DNA of 64,000 nt from Candidatus Multivoradales bacterium (GCA_965248055.1 CBDFIJ010000004.1:1216001-1280000), one strand, 5' to 3'. Counted from the first letter of the stretch, positions 20,476 through 31,136 are shown. Numbers and translations: made by a program. Notes: a model not told the origin generated them from the sequence alone.

Positions 20476-20568
20476 GTCATCCCCGTAGGGCGGAGGCCTT
20501 GGGGGTCGGGGATCTCTGTCATGGGGTACCAGATCCCGGCCCCCCACCCTTTCCACCGCCGGGATGAC
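20476..20568. repeat. Inverted REP-like pair between convergent genes
   Basis: GTCATCCC...GGGGATCT (20476-20515) and AGATCCC...GGGATGAC (20531-20568). Confidence 0.65.
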
Positions 20569-20639
20569 GCGTAGAGCTACACCGCAAACAACATGTTGGG
20601 GGTTCGCGAAGCGAGGGTACTCGGACTACGGCTACTTGA

Positions 20640-21536
20640 TTACCGATCCTTACGCCGCTTCATCAAATCCCGCAGGCGCGGACGGCGACCTTCTTCCTCT
20701 TCTTCACCGTCCTCGCCTTGCATACCCTCAAGCTCCGCTAGGTCGGGCATCAACTCCACTTGCTGGTAGCCGGCAGGGATCTCAAAGGTCGAGTCGGCGA
20801 CCGACTCCTCACGCAAGACGGTCACTTCGGTGGTTGAAGTTGAAGCTGTGGTTCTTCCTTTCTTGTCGGTCGTGGTCATGTGCATAACCGACTTAAGTGG
20901 CACACCGTCCACCTTGCTGAACTCGGTTTCCATCATCTCGTCGAGACCCTCGATCATTCCACCCATCCGCTTGTCCGGGCGCAACCAAACAGAAAAGGCA
21001 CGGGTGTCAAAACCGCTGGTGGTCCACATTTCCTGATCCATCTCAATGCGCTGCTCCTGCTTCATTCCCATCACCGCCATACGCATGGTGTAGCCCGACT
21101 GGAAACGTAGGTGTTTGGTGCTGTAACCAAGAATCGACTCTCCTGGACTTTCTGAGATCTTCTCACTGTGAACATCAGTGAATTCGATTTTGAACATGCT
21201 TCCCATGCCCTCCATGACCTGGCCAGCCATGTTCATGATCTGTCCGAGGTCGAACTCAGAGTAGGTCTCGTCCTCAGTGTTGACTAGGTACATCAATTCC
21301 CCGGCGTCGCGGGTGACCATGTAGGTTCCAGGACCAAAAAAACCGGTCTCTTTACCTTCAGCAAACTCAATCTTGGTCGAGTCGCCTTCAACCCAGACCG
21401 AGACCGTCATTTGGCCATCGCCGCCCCGTTCATCGTCGGTGGCGGTAACCGCTTCGTAGTAGTGCCCAGCACTTGCCGCACTGGTTGCGAAAAGAAAGGT
21501 GCCCGCCACCACCAACGCTGTCTTTTTCTTAATCAT
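20640..21536 (-). CDS. Exported DUF4412-like protein
   Basis: Signal peptide; GESILGYSTKH, GVPLKS, VADSTFEIPAGY motifs. Confidence 0.7.
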   Translation of the reverse strand: MIKKKTALVVAGTFLFATSAASAGHYYEAVTATDDERGGDGQMTVSVWVEGDSTKIEFAEGKETGFFGPGTYMVTRDAGELMYLVNTEDETYSEFDLGQIMNMAGQVMEGMGSMFKIEFTDVHSEKISESPGESILGYSTKHLRFQSGYTMRMAVMGMKQEQRIEMDQEMWTTSGFDTRAFSVWLRPDKRMGGMIEGLDEMMETEFSKVDGVPLKSVMHMTTTDKKGRTTASTSTTEVTVLREESVADSTFEIPAGYQQVELMPDLAELEGMQGEDGEEEEEGRRPRLRDLMKRRKDR

Positions 21537-21708
21537 GATTCGTCTCCCCAGGTTGCCAAGCCAGATCGGCTCTGAGTCGTCATCAGTAACAACAGCCAAA
21601 GCGTAACCTCAATATCGTTCCTCGCCAAGCGTCGAGCAACGCGCGCCCCCTGGATACAACGACGCCAGACAGGCGAACTCCCAACTCACTGACGCCACAG
21701 AAGCACGG

Positions 21709-22860
21709 CTACTCCGAGGGAGCGAGGGGAACGGTAATCCACGCCGACTCTCGGCCCGAGGCGGTCGCCTGGTCGCTCGATCCTGGCTCGCTTTCAAAGC
21801 CTTGGTTGCGGTCAGGGCTGAGCTCTCGGTCAAACAGCGAGCCAATTCGATTGCCCGCCAGATCCTCTATCCGGTGATGCACCCGCAAACGGACTTGCCC
21901 TGCCTCGGGCAACTGCCCAAGCAGCAGGTATTCGCCGGATGGAGCTACCTCAACTTGAGCTTCAACCGGTTCTCCCAGCTCTTTTTCGACCCGGACCGAT
22001 CGTTCGACTAGATAGGGGTCTAAGGCTTCGCCAAAATCGACACGTAGCGATTGGTCTCCAAGACTCGTGGTGCTCCAGGTTGCAGGATTAACTTCGGCAC
22101 GATCCGCATCGGTGGCCTGAAAGTGATGCTCGAAGCGTGCCCCTGACGGTGCTTCGACAACCAGGGTGTAGTCGTGACCCGAGGCCAAGGGAGGACCGAG
22201 GGCCCGATTGGGGCCGACCTCTCGTTTGATCCGGCCGGGATGGAAAATCAAGGTCAGCCGCCGTTGCTCGCCATCCCAGAGTCCCTGCGGAATCTCGACA
22301 AACGGAGTGTCGACCCATTTCTCAACGGTGTTGTCGCGCAACCGAATCCAGGTGTGGACATCTTTGGCAAAGACTGGACGCGAAAATTCAAGGTACAAGC
22401 GCAATGCGTTGGCAGGCAATACCGAAACGGACGGCATCACGCGGATCACCCTCAGATACTGGGCCGTGCGCTCACCGTTCCACGGCATTGTTAGAACCTC
22501 AGCATGAACGGCTTCAGCACTCGGCTCTTCGTGGCGGGAACGGAGAATCGCACAATAGTTGCCCTGGGGGTCCAACGGAAACTGCGGCACCATCTGAACT
22601 TCGTCTGTCCCAGTCTCTATTCGGGCCAAGATCGCCGGCGTCGTGGCAACTTGGTCGCAATCTCCAACGTGCAACGACAAAGCCTGTTGGTATTTGATAG
22701 CAGGCTCTTGGTTCGGTCGCCCGACGACCACCACCAATCCATATGCTGGATCCTCTTGCCACCTCAGAGGTTCCGATGGGACTGGCTGTACCAGAAAAAC
22801 TACGCTAGCAACTCCGACCAGAGCCGCAAGCATGCAGTGCTTTGAAAACAAGCGTAGCAA
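21709..22860 (-). CDS. Hypothetical exported protein (beta-rich/Ig-like)
   Basis: Signal peptide; LPANALRLYLEFS, LWD...RLTLIFHPGRIKR, IEDLAGN; start uncertain. Confidence 0.7.
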   Translation of the reverse strand: MLRLFSKHCMLAALVGVASVVFLVQPVPSEPLRWQEDPAYGLVVVVGRPNQEPAIKYQQALSLHVGDCDQVATTPAILARIETGTDEVQMVPQFPLDPQGNYCAILRSRHEEPSAEAVHAEVLTMPWNGERTAQYLRVIRVMPSVSVLPANALRLYLEFSRPVFAKDVHTWIRLRDNTVEKWVDTPFVEIPQGLWDGEQRRLTLIFHPGRIKREVGPNRALGPPLASGHDYTLVVEAPSGARFEHHFQATDADRAEVNPATWSTTSLGDQSLRVDFGEALDPYLVERSVRVEKELGEPVEAQVEVAPSGEYLLLGQLPEAGQVRLRVHHRIEDLAGNRIGSLFDRELSPDRNQGFESEPGSSDQATASGRESAWITVPLAPSE

Positions 22861-22883
22861 AGGGACTAAACCTAGCGCAATGA

Positions 22884-24071
22884 CTAAAGGCGACTGGTAT
22901 GCAGGGCTACCAAATCCATGGTGCCAGCGTTGGTGCGCACCAACGCCACCACCGCATCGTCGCTCAGCACGTCCAATTGCTGGACACCGGAACCGGAGCG
23001 AATTTCGTACTCCAGACCTGCGGTGTAGCCTTCGACTCCCTCAGTAATCGAGCCTTCGTAAGTTGCTACCTCAGCCGGATCGACAATCATCAGTGGCAGG
23101 TTGCTGTTGGCGATGAGGATGCGCTCCTGACCATCTTTGCGGTAAACGATCATGTCGAGCGGATAGTTGCCGGAACCGAACTCGGCCAACGTTCGTCCGG
23201 TCACATGGGCGCCATCTTCCAGGTCATCGAGCGAAAAAGTCACGAAGGGAGTACACAAGTAGGCGGCGAGCATCTGGATGGAATCCTCAAATTCGTACGG
23301 GACAAAGGTTCGCACTGGGGAATGCGTTTCGTACTTGCCATGGGCACCGTGAAAAATCTCAAGAGTCGTGGTCTCGGCAGAGTCAGTAAACGGGTAAGGA
23401 ATCTTCCACATCGCCGACGCAAACTCTTCATTCGAAAGCCCGGTGACGTAGACCGAACCATCGTAGTAGGCCATATCGGTGATGGTGTCAGAGCGGGTCG
23501 TGGCGTCTGGCTTCCAGGGATGTGGCTCGTCAGCAATCGGATTGGGCAGATGAACAGCTGTGACTTCCAGTTGACTCAACTCGACCACGCCAATTTCTCC
23601 GGCGGCGTTGACCGTCAGCAGGACTTTGGCGTCACCGAGATCGTTGGGTAGTTGCCATTTGGAAACCCAATTGGGCCGCGAGCGTGAAACGGCGAGATAG
23701 ATCACTTTGTTGGTCGGATGCACCGCCAGATCGTGGACCACAATCTGCTCAGCCGTGGTTCCCAGCCGCGCAGCAACCTGGGTTTCAAAGTTCTGCACCA
23801 CAGTCGTTCGGAACTCCGCAACCTCCCAGACCACTTGATCGCTAGCAGCCAAATCGACCGCGTAAATCGCCCCCGCCTTGCTATCTCCCATCAGCAGCGT
23901 CCCGTCCGGGTGGAAAGCCAGCGTCGAGATCGACTGCGGAGAAAATCCTTCTTCACTCTCTTGGGCAGTCGTCGGAGATAGAGGCAGAGCTATCGAAGCT
24001 GCAACAAACAGCAAAACACAAACGAACAATGATCGCATCATCGGTTGGGACTCCATCGGTTGACGCACCAT
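22884..24071 (-). CDS. Hypothetical exported beta-propeller-like protein
   Basis: Signal peptide; LAFHPDGTLLMGDS, DLAVHP, GNYPLDM blade-like motifs. Confidence 0.75.
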   Translation of the reverse strand: MVRQPMESQPMMRSLFVCVLLFVAASIALPLSPTTAQESEEGFSPQSISTLAFHPDGTLLMGDSKAGAIYAVDLAASDQVVWEVAEFRTTVVQNFETQVAARLGTTAEQIVVHDLAVHPTNKVIYLAVSRSRPNWVSKWQLPNDLGDAKVLLTVNAAGEIGVVELSQLEVTAVHLPNPIADEPHPWKPDATTRSDTITDMAYYDGSVYVTGLSNEEFASAMWKIPYPFTDSAETTTLEIFHGAHGKYETHSPVRTFVPYEFEDSIQMLAAYLCTPFVTFSLDDLEDGAHVTGRTLAEFGSGNYPLDMIVYRKDGQERILIANSNLPLMIVDPAEVATYEGSITEGVEGYTAGLEYEIRSGSGVQQLDVLSDDAVVALVRTNAGTMDLVALHTSRL

Positions 24072-24201
24072 AGTGCTTGGAAATAGTGGACGAGATCGAC
24101 CACCTGCGTTCAGATACGCACAATCACGAACAATGGTTCACCTCTCGCCAGAATCTAGCGCTACACCAACCATTCCTGCCGCGCGAATTAGGACGAAACT
24201 C

Positions 24202-27200
24202 CTAACCGCCGATCTGCTCGATCCAGTCCTCCATGGTGCCCTGCGAGCAACCGAACTTGCGCTGACCATTGCCCAAGTCCAGCGCATCGATAATCTGATC
24301 GCAACTGCAACCGGCGGTGTCCTCGGTGGTGAAGGTCGACGAACCACCCAAGGTATCGAAGACGTTATCGCCGTCGGTCAATGCATAGTGATTGGGCTTG
24401 AGCCCCTGAGTGGGAACCGCTTCCGGATTCTCGGTATCGGGGCAAAGATCGTCGTCATTGCCAACTCCGTCACCGTCATCGTCGAGAAAGCTTTGCAGGT
24501 ACAAGACCAGACCGTCGTGATCCGCAATGCGCAAGTTGGAGCCAAAATCCAAAAGCAGTCCGCCCGGCGCATCGACGTTGCCGCGCGCGTAGGCGACATC
24601 CACCACCCTCGGATGGGTGACTTCAGAGGTCAGCATGTGGTCGATCGCCTGCGAGCTACCTCGAAAGTTAAACGAATAGCGTTGCTCGGCCGGCAAAGAA
24701 AGAATCTCGTTGCGCAGATCCGGGTTGACCGCATCGTAGGTCGCCGCTTCATCTCCCAACGGATCGAGGTTGCCGCTGATCTGGCCAACCACATCAACAT
24801 AGCCATCGGTGAACTCGAAAGCATTGAAATCACCGGTAACGATCAACGGAGTCAGCGAATCATTTGTCTGCCGTAGTTGGATGAATTCGGAGAGATCTCG
24901 CGCCTGCTCGAAGCGCTTCAAGCGCACGCGGGTCGCCTGGGATCCTTCGATGCCACCGAGCGAACGCTGGTGGACCCCGATGACGGTGAAGTCAAAGAAA
25001 GCCCCGTCGCCGATGTAGGTGGCCTCCAAAATCAGTGGTGGACGATCGTTGAGCAGGCTGTTGTCAAAGGTGAAGATGGTGTTTTCCCCGAACTGTGCGA
25101 CATCGGAAACCAAGATCCGGTCGTTGCGGGTTAAGTAGCCAACATCGATCCCTCCGACATCGTTGCCTTCCAGCAGCCACGCGGTGTACACCAAGCCCGG
25201 CTGGTCGCTGGCGATACGCGCGGTCAAGTCGTCCAGGACTGCTAAACCTTCCACCTCTTGAACCACCAGGACATCTGGAGCGTTGAGAACTTCGCGAACC
25301 CAGGTTGAAATCTTGTCGAGACGGCCTTGATACTCCAACGTATCCACCACTTCATCATCGACGAGCGGATCATCGATATCGTCGAAGAAGCGCTGCAAAT
25401 TCTGGGTGGCGATGGTCATTTCGCCTGCCGCCCGGTCTCTGGTGACCAACGGCAATACCGGAGGAGTCCCGAGTGCGTAACTAGTCGGCCACACCTGATA
25501 GTCACCGAACGAGAAACCCAAGGCACCTTCGGCGATTACCGATTGGCCACCAAAGACATCGGTATCGGCCAGTGTCAAACCATCTGGATCAAATTCGAAA
25601 ATCTCTGGATTCCCATCCCATACCGGCAAACCGATTAACCCTGGATACTCAATTCCTGGTTCGCGGAACGCTCGGTTCGGCCCAGCCACCACTGCAACAT
25701 CGCCGAAACGATCGCTGGGAGCGGTGGCGACTCCGTCAAAAATCACCAGCATGCCCTCAAAGCGCTCAAGCTCGGTGTCCGGCTGCGGTTGATTGGGCGA
25801 AGGATCGACAACCACCGGAGTGGGAAGCGCGGCGCCCGAACTGGTCACCACGACATTCACCGCGCCGGACAGCTCGGTGAAGTCGAAGAATTCCTGCACT
25901 GCACCGGTGACATCGACCAGGTCACCAACCGCAACTGCGGGGGCAACACTGGTGAAAACGAAGATTCCGTCCGAGGTGACCGGATCGCCATCTGTGCGGA
26001 CTTCGGGCGTTTGCATAAAGAAACCATCCGGCGCGATTGCGGTCACAACATTCTGCATCGTCGACACCGGGGAATTCGCGACCGGGCTGGCCAGCCCAGA
26101 ACCCTGAATCTCAAAGATCTCGAACGGCAGCGGTGGCCCGAGAACGCAGTTAGTGTCGCTGGAACTATTGGCCTCCCCAGGGGTGACACACTGCAGCGAA
26201 AAATCGGTGCTGTTGTCGTCGGTGTCGTTACCATCGGGCAGGCGAGATAGTCCGAGTAGCTGGGTACCGCTGGAATCAGCCGGAGCCCCGGTTCCTTCGG
26301 CGTAGGGAGCTGCGACTTCACCTTCGTAACTCACAGCGTCCAGGATCAGGCTGCCAAATGCCAGAGCCACCGCATCTGGAGAACCGTTTTGAATCAGGTT
26401 GGTATCCGGCGAAACGTCAAGGTCGCATTCGGGAGTATTCGCTGCATTGGCGCAAACTACGTAGTAGTCGCCAGCAGCAAGTTGGACGTCAGGAAGAGCG
26501 AAAGAGCGATATTCGGCTCCGGTGGAGCCATTTGCCATCACCAACTCGACCCCCAACAGACCCACCGAAGCCGCCGTCGGATTGTAGATCTCGACGAACT
26601 CGGCCGCGTCGGTGCTCGGTTGATCGTAGTCCACTTCGTTGATCACCAACTCGGGCGGACCCGCGCTAGCGCAGCCGGAAGTCGCGCTGCTGTTGGGTAG
26701 TCCGGGAGTTGCACAACGTTGGGAAAAGTCCACATTGTTGACATCGCTATCCACGGAGTCCGGGAAGCGAGAAATACCAGACAAGTCAATACTCGAAAAA
26801 TCTTCCAGGCCAACGCCCGATCCTTCGGTGTAGGGAGCCCCGGTGTCTCCCTCATAGCTGACCGCATCCAAGATCAATCCGCCCGCGACCAATGCGGCTC
26901 CGTCGGGCGCACCGTTTTGGATCAAATTGGTGTTGGGAGAGGCATCCAGGTCGCACAGAGTGACCTGGGCTGCATCGCCGCAGACCACGAAGTAGCCGCC
27001 TGCGGGCAGATTCACCGCGGGTAGCGCGATGGTGTTGTAAACGGTTGCGCCACCGCCAGTACCGTTAACCAGTTCCAGATCGACGCCATCTAGGCTGACA
27101 GCCGAGGTACCAGTGTTGACGATCTCAACGAACTCGGCGGCATCGGTTCCCGCCTGATCGTAGTCGATCTCATTGATCACCAACGTTGGAGGCCCGGTAG

Positions 27201-27807
27201 CCGCACAGGCGGAGTTCGCGGCCACGTTCGCCGTTCCAGGTGTGGCACAGCGTAAAGACAGATCAACATTATTAACATCGGTATCGACGCCATCGGGAAA
27301 GCGCGAGATTCCAACCAGCTCGGTGGTCGATAAATCGGTGAGACCGGCGCCCGACCCTTCGGTGTATCCCCCGCCGGTGTCCCCTTCGTAGCTCACGCTG
27401 TCCACGACCGCTCCTCCGAACAGCAATGCCACAGCGTCTGGAGCACCGTTTTGAATCAGGTTGGTATTCGGAGAAACATCAAGATCGCAATTGTCGGTAT
27501 TCGCTGCATTGGCACAGACGACAAAATAGTCACCGGCGGCAAGTGTCACATTTGGCAAAACAACCGTTTTGTAAACGACCGAACCGCCGCCAGAGCCATT
27601 CACCAATTCAAGGCTGTAGCCATCAAGACTCAGAGAACTCGCATCGATATTCTTGATCTCGATGAACTCCGAAGCGTCGGTACTTGGCTGATCGTAGTCA
27701 ATTTCGTTGATCACCAAGTCCGCAGCCGCCGGAGAGGCGAACGCGGCCAGGACAACAAAAATCAAACTTGAAATCGCTACCCAGGATCGAATGCTACTTC
27801 TAGACAT
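24202..27807 (-). CDS. Extracellular nuclease: 3x lamin-tail domain + OB-fold + EEP (ExeM/YhcR-like)
   Basis: Three LVINE(I/V)DYDQ...EF(I/V)EI repeats, IFEIQG...GFFMQ, VQEVE, VTGDFN, IDHML, ADHD; DDDGDGVGNDDDLCPDT Ca-binding tail. Confidence 0.9.
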   Translation of the reverse strand: MSRSSIRSWVAISSLIFVVLAAFASPAAADLVINEIDYDQPSTDASEFIEIKNIDASSLSLDGYSLELVNGSGGGSVVYKTVVLPNVTLAAGDYFVVCANAANTDNCDLDVSPNTNLIQNGAPDAVALLFGGAVVDSVSYEGDTGGGYTEGSGAGLTDLSTTELVGISRFPDGVDTDVNNVDLSLRCATPGTANVAANSACAATGPPTLVINEIDYDQAGTDAAEFVEIVNTGTSAVSLDGVDLELVNGTGGGATVYNTIALPAVNLPAGGYFVVCGDAAQVTLCDLDASPNTNLIQNGAPDGAALVAGGLILDAVSYEGDTGAPYTEGSGVGLEDFSSIDLSGISRFPDSVDSDVNNVDFSQRCATPGLPNSSATSGCASAGPPELVINEVDYDQPSTDAAEFVEIYNPTAASVGLLGVELVMANGSTGAEYRSFALPDVQLAAGDYYVVCANAANTPECDLDVSPDTNLIQNGSPDAVALAFGSLILDAVSYEGEVAAPYAEGTGAPADSSGTQLLGLSRLPDGNDTDDNSTDFSLQCVTPGEANSSSDTNCVLGPPLPFEIFEIQGSGLASPVANSPVSTMQNVVTAIAPDGFFMQTPEVRTDGDPVTSDGIFVFTSVAPAVAVGDLVDVTGAVQEFFDFTELSGAVNVVVTSSGAALPTPVVVDPSPNQPQPDTELERFEGMLVIFDGVATAPSDRFGDVAVVAGPNRAFREPGIEYPGLIGLPVWDGNPEIFEFDPDGLTLADTDVFGGQSVIAEGALGFSFGDYQVWPTSYALGTPPVLPLVTRDRAAGEMTIATQNLQRFFDDIDDPLVDDEVVDTLEYQGRLDKISTWVREVLNAPDVLVVQEVEGLAVLDDLTARIASDQPGLVYTAWLLEGNDVGGIDVGYLTRNDRILVSDVAQFGENTIFTFDNSLLNDRPPLILEATYIGDGAFFDFTVIGVHQRSLGGIEGSQATRVRLKRFEQARDLSEFIQLRQTNDSLTPLIVTGDFNAFEFTDGYVDVVGQISGNLDPLGDEAATYDAVNPDLRNEILSLPAEQRYSFNFRGSSQAIDHMLTSEVTHPRVVDVAYARGNVDAPGGLLLDFGSNLRIADHDGLVLYLQSFLDDDGDGVGNDDDLCPDTENPEAVPTQGLKPNHYALTDGDNVFDTLGGSSTFTTEDTAGCSCDQIIDALDLGNGQRKFGCSQGTMEDWIEQIGG

Positions 27808-28082
27808 ATTCCCCTACCTCCTAGTCAGTCCGTGATGGTGCTTCCGCCAGTTGAAGCACGACTATATAGCGAAGACCGAAGATGACGGTGTCACCGACGT
27901 CACAGTTCCCTTAGAGCCACTTCACAGGAATTCTTGCCAGAGTGCCTTTTCGCAGGTGCGCTGGTACTGGGCGCGGCGTTTCGCAACAGACCTGGCCGAA
28001 ACGTACGACGCAAAGACTCCAACAGATCAGGCTTTTGTAACCAGCGGAAGGCCGCGGCAAGCTCGAACGAGCGACCGTTTGA

Positions 28083-29633
28083 CTACGATTCAGACTGCGG
28101 GGGGTTGATCGCCTCAACCTCGGCTCTGGAGCCCTGCACCGCAGTGCGCTGCAGATAGTGGTCGAGACCTCGCAGACCACCGAGCTCTTCTCCACCGCCA
28201 GCGCGTCCTGGGCCACCGTGCATAGCCTGGGGCATCGCGGCACCGGAACCCATCGCAGCAGGGGCTGATGCAGCCGACCCCAAATATACTCTTCCGGTCG
28301 CGTGCCCTACCTCGCCAACCAACGCTCGCTGCCATTCGCCATCGTCAGAGTAGGCGGAGGTAACCAAGGTTCCGCCACCTAGAGCAACGACCTCAGCAGC
28401 CGATTCGGCCGTGCCATCGTAAGTCATCAGCGTCGCTGCCGGACCGAAGACTTCGCGTTGATGAACCACGGTGGCATCACCTGCCGCACCGCAACGCAAC
28501 AACGTCGGGGCAACAAAGAAACCAGCTTCGGGAGCAGAACCTTGGTACACCACTTCGGCGTCCAGGGCTTCGATCCCCTCGAGGGCGTCTGCCTTTTGTC
28601 CGGCGGTGGCTAACGGTCCCATCTTGACGCCATCGTCCGCCGGATCTCCGGTGACGGTGCGCTCCAAGCGGCTAATCAAGTCTTCTTGCACCGTATCCAC
28701 GCGATCCCCCGGGACCACAATGCGTCGGATGGCAGTACATTTTTGACCCGCTTTCTGGGTTATCTCTCGGCTCACCTCGCGGATAAACATCTGGTAGCTG
28801 TCCGAGCCTCGATCGACATCGGGAGCCAAGACCGCCGCATTGAGGCTATCGGCCTCAACGTTGACCCGGGCCGAAGAAGTGGTCAAATTGGGTAAAGTGC
28901 GCAGCTTCTCAGCGGTCGATGCCGAACCGGTGAAAGCGAACACGTCGTCGGCCCCCAGTCGGGCCAACAAGTCCCCAGTCGAACCACAGATGAACTGAAA
29001 GGCACCCTCGGGGAATACTCCGCTTTCCATCAAAATCTCAGCGACCCGCTCCGCCACCAGAGCGGTTGAGGTTGCCGGCTTCGAGATCGCCGGAACTCCG
29101 GCTAAGATTGAACAGGCGAGCTTCTCCAACGGCCCCCAGGCCGGGAAATTAAACGCATTGACGTGAACCGCCACGCCTCGGCGAGGCGTGAGCACGTGAC
29201 TGGCCCAAAATTCCTCGGTCTTGGCCAATTGGGCGCCATCACCGTCACTCAGAACGTTGCCGTCGCCCAGCCGCTTGCCCAGCGATCCGTAGTAGGCCAA
29301 GGCAAAGCCGCCGCCGTCGACATCGAACGAGCCGTCGGAGGGCGTTGTGCCGTTGTTGATCCGAGACAGTTCCAACAGTTCATCGCGGTGTTCACGCAGC
29401 GCCGATGAAGCCGCCTTAAGCATCGCCGCACGACCGGAGAATCCCGCCGCTCGCAAAGCAGGGCCACCGACCGAGCGGGCGTATTTGTAGACCTTGGCGA
29501 AATCGACTCCGGCGCTGGAAACCTCAGCCACCACCTGTTCGGTCGACGGATTGTGAATCGCCACTCCCTCGGAAGGGCGGTACGTTTCTCCGTAGACGAA
29601 GCTCTTCAAGACCGGCACGGATTGCGTCATCAA
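28083..29633 (-). CDS. Aldehyde dehydrogenase, BoxD/PaaN type (PaaZ ALDH domain without MaoC)
   Basis: [46 protein letters not shown]. Confidence 0.88.
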   Translation of the reverse strand: MMTQSVPVLKSFVYGETYRPSEGVAIHNPSTEQVVAEVSSAGVDFAKVYKYARSVGGPALRAAGFSGRAAMLKAASSALREHRDELLELSRINNGTTPSDGSFDVDGGGFALAYYGSLGKRLGDGNVLSDGDGAQLAKTEEFWASHVLTPRRGVAVHVNAFNFPAWGPLEKLACSILAGVPAISKPATSTALVAERVAEILMESGVFPEGAFQFICGSTGDLLARLGADDVFAFTGSASTAEKLRTLPNLTTSSARVNVEADSLNAAVLAPDVDRGSDSYQMFIREVSREITQKAGQKCTAIRRIVVPGDRVDTVQEDLISRLERTVTGDPADDGVKMGPLATAGQKADALEGIEALDAEVVYQGSAPEAGFFVAPTLLRCGAAGDATVVHQREVFGPAATLMTYDGTAESAAEVVALGGGTLVTSAYSDDGEWQRALVGEVGHATGRVYLGSAASAPAAMGSGAAMPQAMHGGPGRAGGGEELGGLRGLDHYLQRTAVQGSRAEVEAINPPQSES

Positions 29634-29685
29634 AAACTCCCGTTTGCCCGATTCACTTCGGGCTCCTTCTGCGGCGAACTCGCGG

Positions 29686-30222
29686 CTATAGCCGCAGAGT
29701 CATCTTGGTCATATCGTGGGTGCCGCCTTCCGGATCGGTTCCGTAGTCGGGCGCGGTCTCAGCGTCGAATCCCAGTTCGGTCAAGGTCTCGATCGCGTCG
29801 CGCTCCAGATCAGAGACCAACATGCAGGACAGGTAGCGCAGCCCATTGTGGCGAGCGGTATCGATGAAGTGATTTACCAACAAAGTGCCCAGACCACCGC
29901 CGCGGTACTCCGGGTCGATCAACCACTTGATCCGTCCCACCAGGCGCAGAGGTCCATATTGCCTGCGATGCAAAGTGGCGTCGGCAACAATCTGGGAGCC
30001 AGAGAAAGCAAGCAAAGGGAACGTCTTGCCGTAGTCGATATTGGCCGCCCAGGAGTCAACTAGCGAACGCTGATCGATGCGATCCCAGGCGAAATCCCGT
30101 GTCTGTTCCGGAAGTCGCTGAAAAAACGCAAAGAGTGCATCCGAATCGGCTTCTTCAAAAGGTCGAATTAGAATCTTGCGACCATCACGAAGCACCGCTA
30201 GTTGAGGGTATCGACTGAGCAT
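29686..30222 (-). CDS. GNAT family N-acetyltransferase
   Basis: LRDGRKILIRP N-terminus; DPEYRGGGLGT acetyl-CoA loop. Confidence 0.85.
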   Translation of the reverse strand: MLSRYPQLAVLRDGRKILIRPFEEADSDALFAFFQRLPEQTRDFAWDRIDQRSLVDSWAANIDYGKTFPLLAFSGSQIVADATLHRRQYGPLRLVGRIKWLIDPEYRGGGLGTLLVNHFIDTARHNGLRYLSCMLVSDLERDAIETLTELGFDAETAPDYGTDPEGGTHDMTKMTLRL

Positions 30223-30321
30223 GTAGTGTCTCCTATGGTGTCCATCCGACGATTCAAACGTCGAGGTTGGAGGCCGAATATATCAGCGTCGAGAGTCAGC
30301 AAGGTGGTCTAATCTGTCGCC

Positions 30322-30654
30322 ATGTCGGCAAACTACGAACGAGTTTTCGAAGTTGTCTCACTGGTGCCAAAAGGCAAGGTAGCTACCTACGGGGATATTG
30401 CCGCGCTCGCGGGTCGACCGGGAGCACCTCGCTGGGCTGGCCAAGCATTAGCCAACCTGGAGGCAGATCGTGATATTCCCTGGTTTCGCGTGATCAACGC
30501 CCAGGGCAAAGTTAGCCTTGACGGCACCCGCGGCGAGATACAACGCCAAATCCTAGCCACCGAGGGAATCCAGTTTTCTGCTAGCGGTCGGGTCAACCTG
30601 AAGCGCTATCGGTGGCGCCCAGAGATCCGAGTTCGTAAGACTCCAGAGTCCTGA
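30322..30654 (+). CDS. Alkyltransferase-like protein (Atl/YbaZ, MGMT family)
   Basis: PKGKVATYGDIA, IPWFRVIN (Trp at the catalytic Cys position). Confidence 0.9.
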   Translation: MSANYERVFEVVSLVPKGKVATYGDIAALAGRPGAPRWAGQALANLEADRDIPWFRVINAQGKVSLDGTRGEIQRQILATEGIQFSASGRVNLKRYRWRPEIRVRKTPES

Positions 30655-30676
30655 CGCCCGAGGTCTGGATTCCTCA

Positions 30677-30711
30677 CCCACAGCCCACAGCCCACAGCCC
30701 ACAGCCCACAG
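30677..30711. repeat. Heptamer tandem repeat (CCCACAG)x5
   Basis: Five perfect copies between the convergent atl and mscL genes. Confidence 0.9.
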
Positions 30712-30719
30712 CCAGAGAG

Positions 30720-31136
30720 TTAACTGCGATGCAAAGAGTCGCGGATTTCGGTCAGCAGAGTGACCTCTTCGCTCGGGCCCTTGTCGACTTCCGCTTCTTC
30801 GGCCTGCCAGCGATTGATGGTGCGCACCATCATAAATACCGCGAAAGCAACCAGAACGAAAGTGATGATGGCGTTGATCAACACCCCGTAGCCGATCACC
30901 ACGGCGCCCGACGCCCGCGCTGCGTCCAGAGTCGAGAGGTCCACTGCGTCGCCTCCTCGAAGTAATAGAAAGCGGTTGGTGAAGTCCGCACCACCGATCA
31001 ACAGGCCCAAAACTGGCATCAACACTTCGTCGACCAAGCCCTTGACGATTGGCGTAAAGGCACCGCCCAGAACAATGCCGATCGCCATATCGAGGACGTT
31101 GCCTCGCATCGCAAACTCTTTGAATTCCTTGAACAT
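30720..31136 (-). CDS. mscL: Large-conductance mechanosensitive channel
   Basis: MFKEFKEFAMRGNVLDMAIGIVLG...LLTEIRDSL. Confidence 0.97.
   Translation of the reverse strand: MFKEFKEFAMRGNVLDMAIGIVLGGAFTPIVKGLVDEVLMPVLGLLIGGADFTNRFLLLRGGDAVDLSTLDAARASGAVVIGYGVLINAIITFVLVAFAVFMMVRTINRWQAEEAEVDKGPSEEVTLLTEIRDSLHRS

Noticed and set aside
26100-27720. Long DNA repeats as a mobile or CRISPR-like array
   Set aside because: They are in-frame lamin-tail domain repeats within one CDS.
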